A stretch of 64,000 nt of DNA from Mytilus edulis (taxonomy: Eukaryota), in assembly GCF_963676685.1 (NCBI RefSeq), contig NC_092357.1, forward strand, positions 14,446,001-14,510,000, given 5' to 3'. The notes beneath the pieces were generated by a model. The model was not told the origin of the DNA, made no database searches, and saw only the letters and a list, made by a program, of their open reading frames with translations. Every line of letters starts with the position of its first letter. The stretch's first letter is position 1. The position numbers and the translations under genes are program-made. Shown piece by piece: positions 28,993 to 42,181 of this stretch.

Positions 28993-30196
28993 TCAGACAT
29001 TACTATTGTCATCGCTGACCTGATTAGCATGTTTAAATAATGGTTTGTTTCTATAATGGTTCCATAGGTGTAAAACTATTTCTGACACTAAAACATCATT
29101 AGCGTTTTTACCTACAAGTCTCAAAACAAAAATGCCATCTTGTCGCAAATACTGCTCAGCGAATTTGACGGCCATTTTCTTGTCTAATTCTGATTTGTAA
29201 CATTCATTAATCCTGAGAAATTTTTTCAAATAACGAATTCGGTGTTGTCTAAATATCATAGTATAACACCATACTAAGAAATTCGCCGAACTTAAAATAG
29301 ACACAAATACAAGCCAAAACCAGATAAATATAAAAATCTTCTCATTAAAAAGATTTATTGGTAGTACACATTGTACAGTGTACTGTTGGAGTGTAGCGAG
29401 TTTACGAATTTTAAAATCACATAGTGTCACCCTTGGGAACCTTGCTGATTCGTCCCATTCTTCACCACTGGCCAGATGGCTTAATACTTCAAGTCCATAT
29501 GCGTTGTAATTTGTCCCTAGAAATTCATTTAAAATGAATAACTGTCCAATAGCATTCGACATGTATAGTAATTTAATAAACATATATATGGTGACAAGAT
29601 AATTTCCATAACGTTTTCCACATACTATACAACAGTATTTTGAAATAGTTTGACGCAAGCGTATAAAACATCCGGATCTATATTCACGTGCATTTTCCAA
29701 CCATCTGTCCATGTAACGTACTATGTGTTTTATAGTTCGTTCCCTATCATCTGGAGAAATATACTGTGTTTCCGCTGCAAGTGTGACTATTTTATCCAAA
29801 TTGACACCAGCCGACGCTGTTAAAATTCTCCACATAATACATGGGACCTTAAACAACAAGGCTTGGAATAACAAGATCATCGGAACCCACTGGTAGTATG
29901 TAATCTCGCTTTCATATCTCGCGTGATTGTACTTCGGAATATCTTTGTCAATATGGACGTAGTATGTATTGGATATCCAACATACATTGTTAGTGTAGTC
30001 AACCATAGACTCCTTGAATTCAGCCGGACACCAGCAGTGGATTGGCTCGCCCACATACTGCTTCGTACTAACAACAATGGTAAAAATGATGAAAATTATA
30101 GTCGTGTATAAATGATTTAACCTATCGATCCAGTCGTCATCGTAACGACCTTTTAACCTTGCATATGTGGCGAAGCTTCCGAGGACACTGTCAAGC
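28993..30196 (-). CDS. inx: Innexin (invertebrate gap-junction/pannexin family), main coding exon
   Basis: The ORF track protein (28993..30054) extends upstream in frame by 47 codons (LDSVLGSFATYARLKGRYDDDWIDRLNHLYTTIIFIIFTIVVSTKQY) to a pyrimidine-rich acceptor ttttatctttttAG|G at 30198-30197. Innexin signatures: DDWIDRL, QYVGEPIHCWCP, NVCW, YYQWVP, FPRVTLCDF, QCVLPINLFNEKIFIFIWFW; four hydrophobic segments; two Cys pairs in the extracellular loops. Confidence 0.96.
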
Positions 30197-32839
30197 CTAA
30201 AAAGATAAAAGAAAATGAAAAATTAATAAAATTGACTCTGAAATAGTTTAATGCAAATACTGGTATAACAAGTCGTGAAAGAAAGTACGTTTGAGTAAAG
30301 AGAAAATTCATATGCTATACTGGATATCTGCTTCACAGATATACATGTATTTTCAGTGGAGGTAGGGTAGCATGATACATACAGTCTCTAGGTATATGTG
30401 CATCCATGCGTGGAGCTTCGTATTGTACAGTAACTATAAGACATAATAACCTTCTCATGAAGTTCGATGATTACATTTTTTTTTTAAACAGCAAAACAAA
30501 AACAAAAAACAAAACACAACGAATATGTGTAGACTTATGCTATATATTATATTTATACATGATATATGCCAACATTTACAACGATCGGGTGAACAAGAAT
30601 ACTTAGAGCTAACACAATTCTTTTCTTTTTGCGTATTCGATGGATAATTAACTCAAAATAATACCAGCCTAGTTCATGGAGATTGCTGGTGATATCCTGC
30701 ATGCCAGATAGAAGATACATTACATTATTTAACAGACTGTGAATCTCCATCCTACTACAATTGGCGTTTTTAACATTTCAGATTCGAGCGTAGCTGACGA
30801 GTCGTTCAAAGACGAAACGCGCGTCTTGCGTACAACATTTTAATCGTTGTGTATATGATGCTTTTATCTTATAATACGTCAGCAATGATGTGCAATGCAC
30901 TATGTATGAAATTAAAAGCTTATTAATCATTTAACAATGAACAAAAGGTTTGATATGCAATTTGAATGCTCAGAACCACAACTTTTAGTAGTTGTTTTTA
31001 TTGTCGGTAGACAAGTAATAAAGTAATAGTGTTATTACATTTCAATGCTAATGAACAAAAAAGTACAGAATATGAAACGAGATCAATTTCCGTGCACTGA
31101 AACAACATCCTCTGTTAATGTCATGCGCAGCAATAGACATGCAAATTTAGTTAAATGAAAGACATCAGGTAATGAACCAGAGGAAGCATTATTCTTGTTG
31201 ATGAAAATTTAATATGGCGTTAACATGCATCGCATGTCCAGGGTGATTAAAATGTTTAATACTGCTATATTATAAGACATATCAATAAACACTTCCATGA
31301 TCTAGACCAGTTATGATGGCGGGATACAGTTGCGTCATCTAAAGTTGATGTTTAGGTAACTGTAAAACATGTTAATTAATTAATTATTTATTGTTGAACA
31401 ACTAATGAACTTTTAATACAATGAGACTTTTTTTTAATCTCTGGTTAACCAGTATGGAGTGTGCAAACTAGTTATGTTGGTGTTTGAGGTGAACAGCAGG
31501 AGATCATATACAAAATATCATTTTTGCATGATAGAAATCAATTTTCTATTGACAATTAATGTTATCATATTTTGACAGGTAAAAGTTATTGTATGATTCA
31601 ATAACATGGTATGACTAACCTACTGAGTCTGGAAAAAATATCATTTATCGGTTATTCAAAGTTGGATATCAAAAAGGGTTTCTGGCAATGTTACAGCTAC
31701 CTCTAATATCTTGTGTTTACAATTGTAAATTATTGGTTTGATTTTAAATAGACCATAGAAAATTGAAAACTGTGTCTTGAACGTAGAGTACAAACTCTAA
31801 TAGCCAATATATTCACATGTAAGGGCCTGTAGAACATATATAGCATGCATACCAAGTATAAATCTCAATGTTTATATCTTTGTCATGCGTTTAGTCAACA
31901 AAAAATAAATATTAGAAATGTATTTTTATATTAACAATTACTGTTAAAGAAATGTTTAAGGAAGTCCTTTTCTCTTTCCATATCTATTGTCGTGCTACTC
32001 AATATATAACAAATCAGAATTGGTTTGTAGTTTTGTAAGGTCTTTCCCTTGTTGCATCTAAAGCGTCAATTCTCCTTATTGTGCCCCATTTTATATAAAA
32101 CATGTTTGAATAGCAATTTTTGCCACAATGAAAAGAAATCCATTGAGATCAATAAAAGAGAATATTAGATAAAGAGTTAGCAAACATTATTGTCAATTTC
32201 TATTATTAATACCTAAATTCCAAATACTATTTGTGTTTGCTAAATATTGGTCTATTGTTTTGACGAGTGATTTATTACTAGTTGTATACTATTGATACAC
32301 AATCTAAAATTCTATAGAAAAATACTCCATGAATGTCAAAATTTAAATTTGCAATAAGAATGTTTTGATTTGATACGGGGATCTTCAATTACAATGGAAA
32401 TAATGACTTCGGTAAACATCGTCAAGAATCGCTAAACATCGGTTTACAATACTTGTACAAAATCCTATTATAGTTTTATTCAGCTTCAATTATTTTTGTT
32501 ATTTCTAAATTTTTGCAAAATCATGATTTTTATAACTTGCAATTAACCCACATGTTTTTATTTATTCAAGTTATCTAATGTAATTTAGAAATCGTCAATC
32601 ATAGCATCTGCAGATTCAACAAAGATAAGAGTTATTGAACTGAAAAAAGTTAATAGAAAATAGTGTTAGATTATTCTAATAATGTATTGCCATGAATGTT
32701 ACATGATGTATATATTGTTTTTTTCTCTATTTAATACGTTTGTTTAAATATGTTAGTTAAATGTGCACTTATCAAATGTATGTATTACATTTATTCTTTC
32801 AATCAGTGACATTTTTCTAATGAAAACGGTATCATGGTA

Positions 32840-33135
32840 GTTAGTTATCAAAGGTACCAGGATTATAATTTAGTATGCCAGACGCAAGTTTCGTCTACAT
32901 AAGACTCGCCAGTGACGCTCATATCAAAAATGGGATATACGTCAACAATGAGAAAACAAACCAGACAAAAACAATCACGTGATCAGTTATCAAAAGTACC
33001 GGGCTTATTATTTGATACACCAGACGCTCTTATCGTCGATACAAGACTCATCAGTTACGCTCAGAATATAACTAGTTAGAAAGCCAAACAAATATAACGT
33101 TGAAGAGCATTGAGGAACCACAATTCCAAAAGTTG
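32840..33135. repeat. Dispersed repeat family (ccagacgcgcgtttcgtctac...gactcatcagtgacgctc), internally duplicated
   Basis: Reverse-complement copies at about 19955-20040, 22250-22395 and 30770-30870. Confidence 0.7.
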
Positions 33136-35783
33136 TCACGTGTATACATCATTATATGTAAATATATTAACAAATGAATAAAATGTATTAAAAGCAGAAT
33201 ATTACATATCTACCATAAACACAAAGCACCCGTATCCCGCATAAAAAAGTGAAGGTAATCTTGGTTGCTCGGAACGGTAAGCAGATCTTGCTTCACGTGT
33301 GCCACCCGTCGTTTTACTCAAACAGGCTTATACTAATGCAACAGGTAGTTCTAACACATTTGTAAAACAAATCTCTCTCATTAGACTATTTCCATCATAA
33401 GCAGAATATTGTACTTTTCAGAACAAATATCTGTATTTTTTCGGCTGATGTTTTAAAGATAAGCAAATATTCAGATACAATTGAACTAATAACTGAGTAA
33501 AGATCTAATACGATCTGTAAACATCAGTGAACAAATTTGTGTTTAAAAAGTAAAAAAACAACAACAAAAAACGATCGGCTATTCATAAGGGAAAGTCCGT
33601 AATCAAAAGGCAAAATCAAAAGCTCAAACACATCAAACAAATTGATAATAAACAACTGTCATATTCTTGACTTGGTACAGACATATTTTTTTATGTAGAA
33701 AATAGTAGATTTAACCTGGTTTTAAAGATTTATACTAAACTTCTGTTCCAACTTACGGACTAATGCTTACATGAAAACACAATGTCCTTACTTTGACCTA
33801 TCTTGAGACTCGAGACAAGACACATCCGTGATAATAATTTACACCCTGTCTTCTCCGTTTGTTTAAAAGCATATAAAGCTGTCAATTAGCTTTCTTCACA
33901 TCTTTATACTCCTGTGTCTGTAACAAATTGTTTCCGTCACACAAAGTTGGTTCATTAACCAAATGAGGGAGACTTTTTTTCTTGTCTGCACTCATATTTA
34001 TTTTATTGTCTTCGAACAATGATACTAGCAAATAGATAATTTAATAAAAGTGACCGATTGAATCAATGACCCGAATGCAATGGCAAATATCTATCAATTT
34101 GAAAGATTGTAACACCTAACAGCAAATAAGGTATCCATGCTCACATTATGACAAGGTTCAGAAATTATAATAATAATACACCAGTTTTTCTTCTAATGAA
34201 TAGATTTCTGGACATTGTCCAACATTCAGAATCAGTTAAAATACAGATTTAGACATGTTAAAACAGACATAACTTGAAGCGGTACACATTAGAGGCAACA
34301 GTAGTTCTTCGAAGTTTAAATTTCATACATCCATCTGGAGCAGGAACTTCTTACCCTTCCAGAACTCTTGGGATTACCCCTGGCTTTAGGTCGGATTCGT
34401 GTTGCTCAGTCTTTAGTTTTTCATTGTTGTTTTTTTTAATATTATTTGTCTGTTTGTCGTTTTTCGTTATTTTGCCAGTTATTATCAAATTTTGTTTCGA
34501 CTTTTGAGTTAAAAAAATCCCAAGGATATCTTCCAATAATAAAATAATGATACAAAATAAAAGAGGACATCACATGAGCTCCGATGATTTGAACCAAATG
34601 AATGTTTTTTCAGCTTGTAACGTCACATTTTTCATTAAATAAAAAAAAAAGAATTACAAAATGTAATCGGTAAATAATCTTTTACTAAATCCTATGGTTA
34701 ACATCATATAAAAATTGTTTCAATAAATATTTAATCAATACTTTTCACTTTTGACATTGATTTTGAATAAGAGAAAACAGTTTTTAACTCCATTTAAAGA
34801 CATATTTTTTTTTTATCAAAAGCGAAACATAAAGGAAACACGAAACAATTAGAAATAAGTGCTCCAAATCAAACAGATTAATATATTGTGTATCGATTGT
34901 AAAAAAAAAAAAAAACAACCATGTTACAAATTCAATCTGGGAAATGGGGAAATAACTTGAAAACAAGCTTCTTAATAACAAAATAAGTGTGGTCCATCAT
35001 CCAGAATTTCTCATAAGTCATTTGTAGAATTATCTATCAACTGTAAACTATGTTTTGAAATCCGACTATCCAGAAATTATTTTAATAGCACATCTACATT
35101 AAAAATAGTATACCTTATAAATTCTTAATTCAAATAATTTTATTTTTATATATTTTAATAGGATATAAAAATCAATTCAACGATCTTTGTTCATCGCATG
35201 AAAGATATACTTTCAACAAGAAACATCAACTGACGATCAGTATTACAATTCATGAATATTTGATTTAAAATGGGATGGTTAATGATGCAAGTTTTAAATG
35301 CGTATGCACTTTACTCACAAAAGTACCAAAGACGAGTTTTTTTTCAATTTTTTCAATTTTATATGTCAGCATTATTTTATTTTGGAATTTTGAATTTTTC
35401 AATCAATTGATGGATAATGTTAGAACAACGCAACGACGTTAGGAGACATATGACCGAAAAAGACCTAGGTAGAAAAATATGTACGACAAAACTAATTATT
35501 ATTTTTAAATCGACTGCAATAAGTATATGTTTACTAACAAAAGCAACATATATTGATTAAATGAGACATATGACCAATTTCTTACAAGACGTTGAGAATA
35601 TCAAGCCATAGTTTGAACTATATTGTCTTAATTGTCAGTGTCGTACCACTTGAAGTAAGAATGCAATACCTTTGAGTTATTTACATACATTTGTTGCGTC
35701 ATTATTATCGATTCCAGATATCAGTCATACTGTCTCTGTATTTTACACAATTGTTTTATTTTCTTTTTAATTCCAAGGCTTAA

Positions 35784-36607
35784 AGGCCACACAAATAATT
35801 TCAGTTTTTTCTCTAGTTCTTCTTAACAATTAAATTTGCACCTTCCTAAAATTGTCAACGTTTTAAATGATTTGTAGTTTGATATAGGACAGGTGTCACA
35901 GTCAAATTTTCCACTGCATATTAAAGGTAAATTAATAAGGCAAATGTATTTATTAACATATCATTGCATTTTTCCCTCTCAGATTGTACTAATAAAATGT
36001 TTTTCGATACTTGATTGAAATATACGAGTTATGATTATTTTTAATTAAACTTGTCTCTTTCATTTTAAAAACTTTAGAAAAATATACATATATTTGGCAA
36101 AATGCTGAACATATATTCTATGTTTTAACAAAAGAGTCAGAAAAAAAAACAATTGGTTGATCCATTTATGTTATGTCAGTCATATTTTCCCGCATGAACA
36201 CATCGCTTTTTTGTGGTAATACAAATCTAGCATTTGTATTATCAGGAACTGATACCCATTTTTCAAGTTTGTTTAATTTTAAAAAATAAATATACGGAGC
36301 ACCATTGATACCCAATGGAATTACAAACTATAGTGATCTTTTAATCTTATAGTATACACCATTCACTCTTTATTGATAATGCCAGTTCCGCCAAAATAAA
36401 TAAATTGTAAGTTTTAATCAACCAGTATCATTGAACAAAAAATAATATCAGATTATAAAAAAAACTTCATTTTCACAAGGCGTATCAAAATGACACACGA
36501 ACTTTGCCAAAATATGTAACCATATCGTTGGATTCATTTTTTTCGCATGACAGATCAGGTGAGAATCAAAGTACCATCAAAATCTACGTATTCATTTGGT
36601 ATGGCCT
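35784..36607. mobile_element. Probable Kolobok-like non-autonomous element
   Basis: ttaa|aggccacacaaat ... atttggtatggcct|tttaa imperfect TIRs with TTAA-like flanks. Confidence 0.5.
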
Positions 36608-38527
36608 TTTAATTGAATTTCAGATCTATAATTGAAATATGAAAAAGACAATCAAAATAATTAGATTCTTGAGAATGATCATGTGTTTTGATAGAAAGCG
36701 TGTCATGTTACGTTTGAATTGATTTGTATGAAAATTTCTGTTTTTATAATGAAATAAACAAGAGGTTGTTGAAAGAAAATTGATTCGATTTCGTTTTTTT
36801 CAAGTAAGAAAGACGCCAAGAAAATGCATGCATAGGGAATTAAGCAATAATGTAAAATTATAAAAATCTATATTGCTAAAACTAACATTTTTGTTTTGTT
36901 TCAAACTTTGTATACTTTTCTAGTCGGGTATAATAAAGAGGAAACATCACTTTATTAATTACATGCGTTTGTAGCGCTTTCTATCTTCATAAGTAAAGCT
37001 CAAAGATAAGCATTTTAAAGCAACAGATGTATAAAAACCAAAAGATTGAAGGTCTTTATGACCAAAAAAGGACTTTAAAAAATATTACTAAATACGATCT
37101 AACTACAACTTTCCCTGAATTGAAATCTTAACTATCTTTTTGTAATTTGTAAAAGGAAAATGTTATATATGTTTCATTTAATTCATGTAAATAACGTTTT
37201 TCTAAAAAAAAATGTTCGTGTTAGGAGACAAAACATGAAAAAATATTGTTCTTGCGCTCTATTTGTTAGGAAAGACTGGTACTTTGCCACCTGATTGTTA
37301 ACTAGATAATTGAATTTCAGGAAGAAATTAAAAAGGCATAAAAAAACAAATCTTATACAGATTAAGCAGTTACAAGCATAATAAATAATTCAGTTTTCTC
37401 TATCGACTATCGCTTGTGGTAAATAATATAGACACAGAATAAGCGATTCATTTGAAACATTATTATTCCCTGTTAAATCTTTTAAATGTTGACTCATGAC
37501 CATTTACCCCATCATCCCTGTTCCGGATTAATAACGACCTCACATTAAAATCAGCCATAGGCAGTGATATAGTAAAGACTGAATTTTAAAATCAATGAAA
37601 TATCTATAGTAAGTAGCTGGTAGATAGATGTAGGCCCAGATAAAATTGCTATTTTTGTATGCACATACAAAAGTATTTTACTACTTTCTAATATTAATTT
37701 GACCACTGGGAATTAAACAATGATGTTTATAAAAGGCAAAAGTGATATATAACTTTTGTAGTAATTAGTTAAATGAGTCCCTGAAGTACAGGTCGCTCTA
37801 CCATTCTTTCTAGATGAATAATTTAGAAGGTTTTCTTAATGGATGAGTACTATCGTGTTAATATACCCAGATACCGTTTATGTAGTGAAATCAATACCAT
37901 GAATGAACACGTTCTTCTATATATATACGGTATAATTAAATCTCCCTTCAGTGGTCAAGCTTACTTTGTTGGGATTAGTATTTTCTGAACAAACGCAAAA
38001 GGTTTAAGACTCTAAGCTTATTTTGTTGGGATTAGTATTTTGTTAACAAAAGCAAAAGGTTAAAAGAAACTAAGCGAGATCAAACACTATTTTGTTTGAA
38101 AGAAAACAGGAAATAAAAACCAAATGTTAAACTCAAGTTTTATATGTATACCATTATTTGCTATTTGATAAGGGACTCTCCTTTTTGAATTTTTCCTCGG
38201 AGTTCACGATTTTTGTGATTTTACTTTTTTATATGTAGTAGTGTGTAAAAAGTAAAATAACAAAAATACCGAACTCCGAAGACAATTATAAACGGAAAGT
38301 CCTTAAGCAAATGGCAAAATCAAAAGCTTAAATATATCAAACGAATGAATTACAACTGTCATATTCATGAGTTTTTTTTATGCAGAAAACGGTGGATTAA
38401 ATCTTGTTTTTTTAGCTACCTAAATTTCTCTCTGTCATGTCGTTTAAGTCTAGATTGCATACAGTGGATGTATCTTTTCGTTCAGTTTTTCGTTAAAATT
38501 TACCACTCACTTTTTGCGTGTATTTAA

Positions 38528-38901
38528 GAGGGTGTCCATAGAAAAACCAGGCAGTGGATGGCACATGACATATTTTGTTTTCAAAATTTTTTCATCTATT
38601 TCATATCACAAATTCATTCTTTTAACTGCAACATATAAACAGAAAAAAAAATACATAGAAAGCACTGAAAATTCATTGAAAAGGGGAGATAACACTTCAT
38701 TTTGTACAAAATTTTGTTGTATTGTTAATGAACTTTAAAATCATTTTCTGAGCCATCCACTGTTGATTCAAAAATATCTTTGACATATATATCCTTTGTA
38801 TGATATAAACATTGCATTGGAACCAAAAATTCAGTGGGAAAAAAAATTATGTTGTGCCACCCATATTAAAGGATTTGCCTGATATTTACTTGGACAGCCT
38901 C
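38528..38901. mobile_element. TTAA-targeting non-autonomous DNA transposon (Kolobok/piggyBac-like)
   Basis: TTAA|gagggtgtcca...tggacagcctc|TTAA, with subterminal ggcaca / tgtgcc inverted motifs. Confidence 0.7.
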
Positions 38902-39409
38902 TTAAACGTTAGCTTAAGCATGTGATATGCGTATATGTCTTTCGGAAGCCGATTTAGCTAATATCCATCTGGTAATGATATGATTTCTTAAATTCAAAGT
39001 TTTCTTATGCTTGCTATCATATCTTAATCCTTTCTCTCAGGTGGATGTTTAAACTGTTCGAAATCTTGCCTCGTTCGGAGGATGCGTTTTTTCACTTCCT
39101 TTCAATTAAGGGTTTTATAATTATCAATTTCCATTAAATCAGTTATGCAATCGTAAAAAAACAAAAATCAATATGTCAGAATTTGTTTTCCATCTTCCCA
39201 GGATACATCTCAGCATGCAAGGTGAACTTTTATTACATGCACAAATCTGTTTTCCTTTTTAGATTCTTAATTTCTAACTTTTAAATAGCTTCCTTGGTAA
39301 ACAAAGTGTCAGAAAAAGTGTATATTTTAGCAGGAATGACAGGGGTTTGTCACCAACTTTTCAGAACTAATTTCGTTGACAGGATGAAAGTCAAAAAGTT
39401 ATGACGATA

Positions 39410-39592
39410 AATTCGCCGTTTCAGAATCTAATGCATCCTGGGTAATATTTTCAAAAGCGTACACCAAAGCGTTTTGATTGGTTTAAAACGTTATAAACAA
39501 TGGAAATTCAACCAATGACGTAACGTTATTTTCACTTTGGGGTACGAACAATGAAATTACCCATGATGCTTTAGATTCTGAAACGGTCAATT
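39410..39592. mobile_element. Short MITE
   Basis: ccgtttcagaatctaatgcatcctgggtaat / attacccatgatgctttagattctgaaacgg inverted repeats. A lone end is also present at about 25982-26009. Confidence 0.8.
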
Positions 39593-41675
39593 GGATTTGA
39601 CTATATCAAAAAATCAAACATTTCCAAATCAGTTCTACATATCACCATATCAAATATCTATATACAACTAAGCGCTATACATTTCAGATGAAGGAACTTT
39701 TAGACCTACATAACCGTTACGTCCTTTGCGAATTCATTAACCGATATGGTATACATTATATAATCACCAAAGATTAAACAAGAAAATATGATACTGTCAT
39801 TGTAGTGTACATTCATAGAATTTTTCTACATTGCCCAAGTGAAAATAAATAAGAGAAAAACAAAATTCAAAAGCGCCTTTTAATAATATATAAAAAGAAT
39901 TCGCTTGAAAAGAAAATAACAAAATAACAAAATCATGATTCGTACGAAACAAAAAAAAGACATAAGGTTAAAACTATCAATAATGAAGCAAATTTTACAT
40001 TGTTTAAACTTCTAGTGTAAAACAACATCTATGTTAACAGTTCGAAGTCATTAAAATAATGATTAAAATTATTGAAGCAGTAACAACATAAATATTTATG
40101 CCATCAATATATTACATAAGAGATTGTTCTGATCATTTTTCAGATAAGAACAATGCTGTACATTGCAACTGTGAAATGTCAAATTCATCAAATATTGAAC
40201 GTAAAATATAAGATCTGATGCAACAGCACACGTCCTATCAAAACATATATTCGATTGCACATGTGTCCTACTTCGGGGAACGACGGAATTTTTAAATTAG
40301 GTACCCCCAACCATCAATAAGTACAGAAAAGGTCAAAATCTTGGAATAGTACGATTGGGATTTGAGGGTAGCAAAAATGAAAGAAAAAATGAATACACAT
40401 TTCAAGATTCGATTATTAAGGAAATATTGGGAGACACAATAAGTAACCCAAAAGTGTAGAACAGTAATTTTGCTGACTTTTTACAATGCCACATAAAGAG
40501 AAGACAAGAATCAAATATATAAGATAATAGATTGATTTCAGTTTAAGTATATGAGTTTAGTCAAGGCAAAAATGTGATGAGTGGAGTCAAGATGCAAGAA
40601 TGATAAGTCTACTCAATGTATGGACAGACAAACAACATCAAAATAGAAGCAGTCAAACTAAGATTGTTTTTTTTTTACAATGAATGAATGTCAAAGTTAT
40701 ATGCATGAATAGCACGAGACGCACATGGCCGTAATTTATTTTTAAGTTCATGCGATATTTCAGTTTTAGTTTGATACCTTGATTATTCTATTGTCAATCG
40801 ATTTAAGAGATTTGAAAATGGGTAAACTACTGTTATATTTACTTATAGCATACATCGGTATATACCAAAATGTTAATCACAATATTACTGAACTCCGACG
40901 AAAATTAAAACAGAAAGTCTGTAATCATATGGCAACATCAAAAGCCCAAACACATCAAACGAATGGATAACAACTGTTATGTTCCTGACTTGGTACAGGC
41001 ATTTTCCTTAGACGAACATGGTAGACTTAACATGTTTTTATAGCTTGCTTGGTTGGCATATCCCCCAAATGCGTTTTAAAAGGATAAAACATTGATAAAC
41101 TATTGTCGCCTATTTTTCTTTTGTACAAATTTAAGAAAATATATATATATATATTCCCTGTAGCTGTCATTTACCAACCAGCAGTTGTAAATTTGAATTG
41201 ATTTTCGATTTTGAAACAACCCTTAAACAGCAAGACCCTGTTGCTAGAATAAAACTAATTAAAAAGTTAAGCGATGCGTGCATATTCATTACACATTCGC
41301 CTGTTTAAAACCAAATCTGAAGAGATGAAATGATTCTTTTCTAAAGCAATTTCTGATTAATCAAACTTTTAATTCGTCAACTAAATAAAATGGAATAAAC
41401 AAGTTATTTTCATTATTAGTAACTTAGATATCTAGTGAAGTAGAATCCAAGGTTAAATCTGTTCTAGTTTTATATTTGCTTGTTCATTATGTGTTGTAAA
41501 AATGATTTAATAGATATTATAAAACTTACAAAAGAAACTGCACTATTTGACAGTTATGGTATAATTCACTTATTAATATGCACGTACGAGAAAAGTTCAA
41601 ATGCTTTAAATAGCTCCTCAATCAAAGTGCTAACTACATGTTTCAAGAAATATATAATTTCAATAAGTGCATATA

Positions 41676-41910
41676 CTGTAAACCAACTTTTTTTTGCGAT
41701 CGATTTATTTTCGCGATCGATTTATTTTCGCGACTTTCGCGAGTAGGAAAATAACGCGAATATTAATTGTCGCGAATATGTAAAACTTGGATCTTTCCTT
41801 ATAACCCTTTATCAAGTAAATAAGAAAATCGCGAAAATAAATAGCCGCGAAGAGGTCAAGAAAGGGTAAAACGCGAAATAAAGTATCCGCGAAATTAAGT
41901 TGGTTTACAG
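41676..41910. mobile_element. Tc1/mariner-type MITE
   Basis: TIR ctgtaaaccaactt / aagttggtttacag flanked by TA. Interior rich in tcgcga / cgcgaa motifs. Confidence 0.88.
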
Positions 41911-42181
41911 TATATCAAATAATTGTCTTACTTTTCAATCTATAAAATAATTCTTTACGTGGAAAATCTCCAATTGACAACATATTCAAAATAAAGATGC
42001 TTCAATGACAGATATCGAGCTATTGTTGTTGTTGCTTTTATTTCAAGCGCTTGTTTGTGTTATATTGTATAGTGTGTGTGCTTTATATGATGTTATGAGA
42101 TCCACCTAGTTGACTGTTGACTTATTAAGTGCATTTGTCATTTTTTTGTAAACTTTCCCTATACTATAGAGGGGGTATATA

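Noticed and set aside
28993-28995. TGA as selenocysteine
   Set aside because: No convincing SECIS geometry seen by eye (the ATGA...AA...TGAT in the extension is too compact) and no redox-enzyme context. SECISearch on the 3'UTR would settle it.
30052-30054. GTG start used by the ORF track for the innexin
   Set aside because: This is the internal Val of QYVGEP; the frame and homology continue upstream to the splice acceptor.
35319-35372. Candidate first exon with donor GTGAGT
   Set aside because: Phase 0, incompatible with the phase-2 acceptor; low-complexity A-rich sequence.
41932-41983. Candidate first exon MLSIGDFPRKELFYRLK with donor GTAAGA
   Set aside because: Phase 1, out of frame with the innexin acceptor; the phase-2 frame contains a stop.
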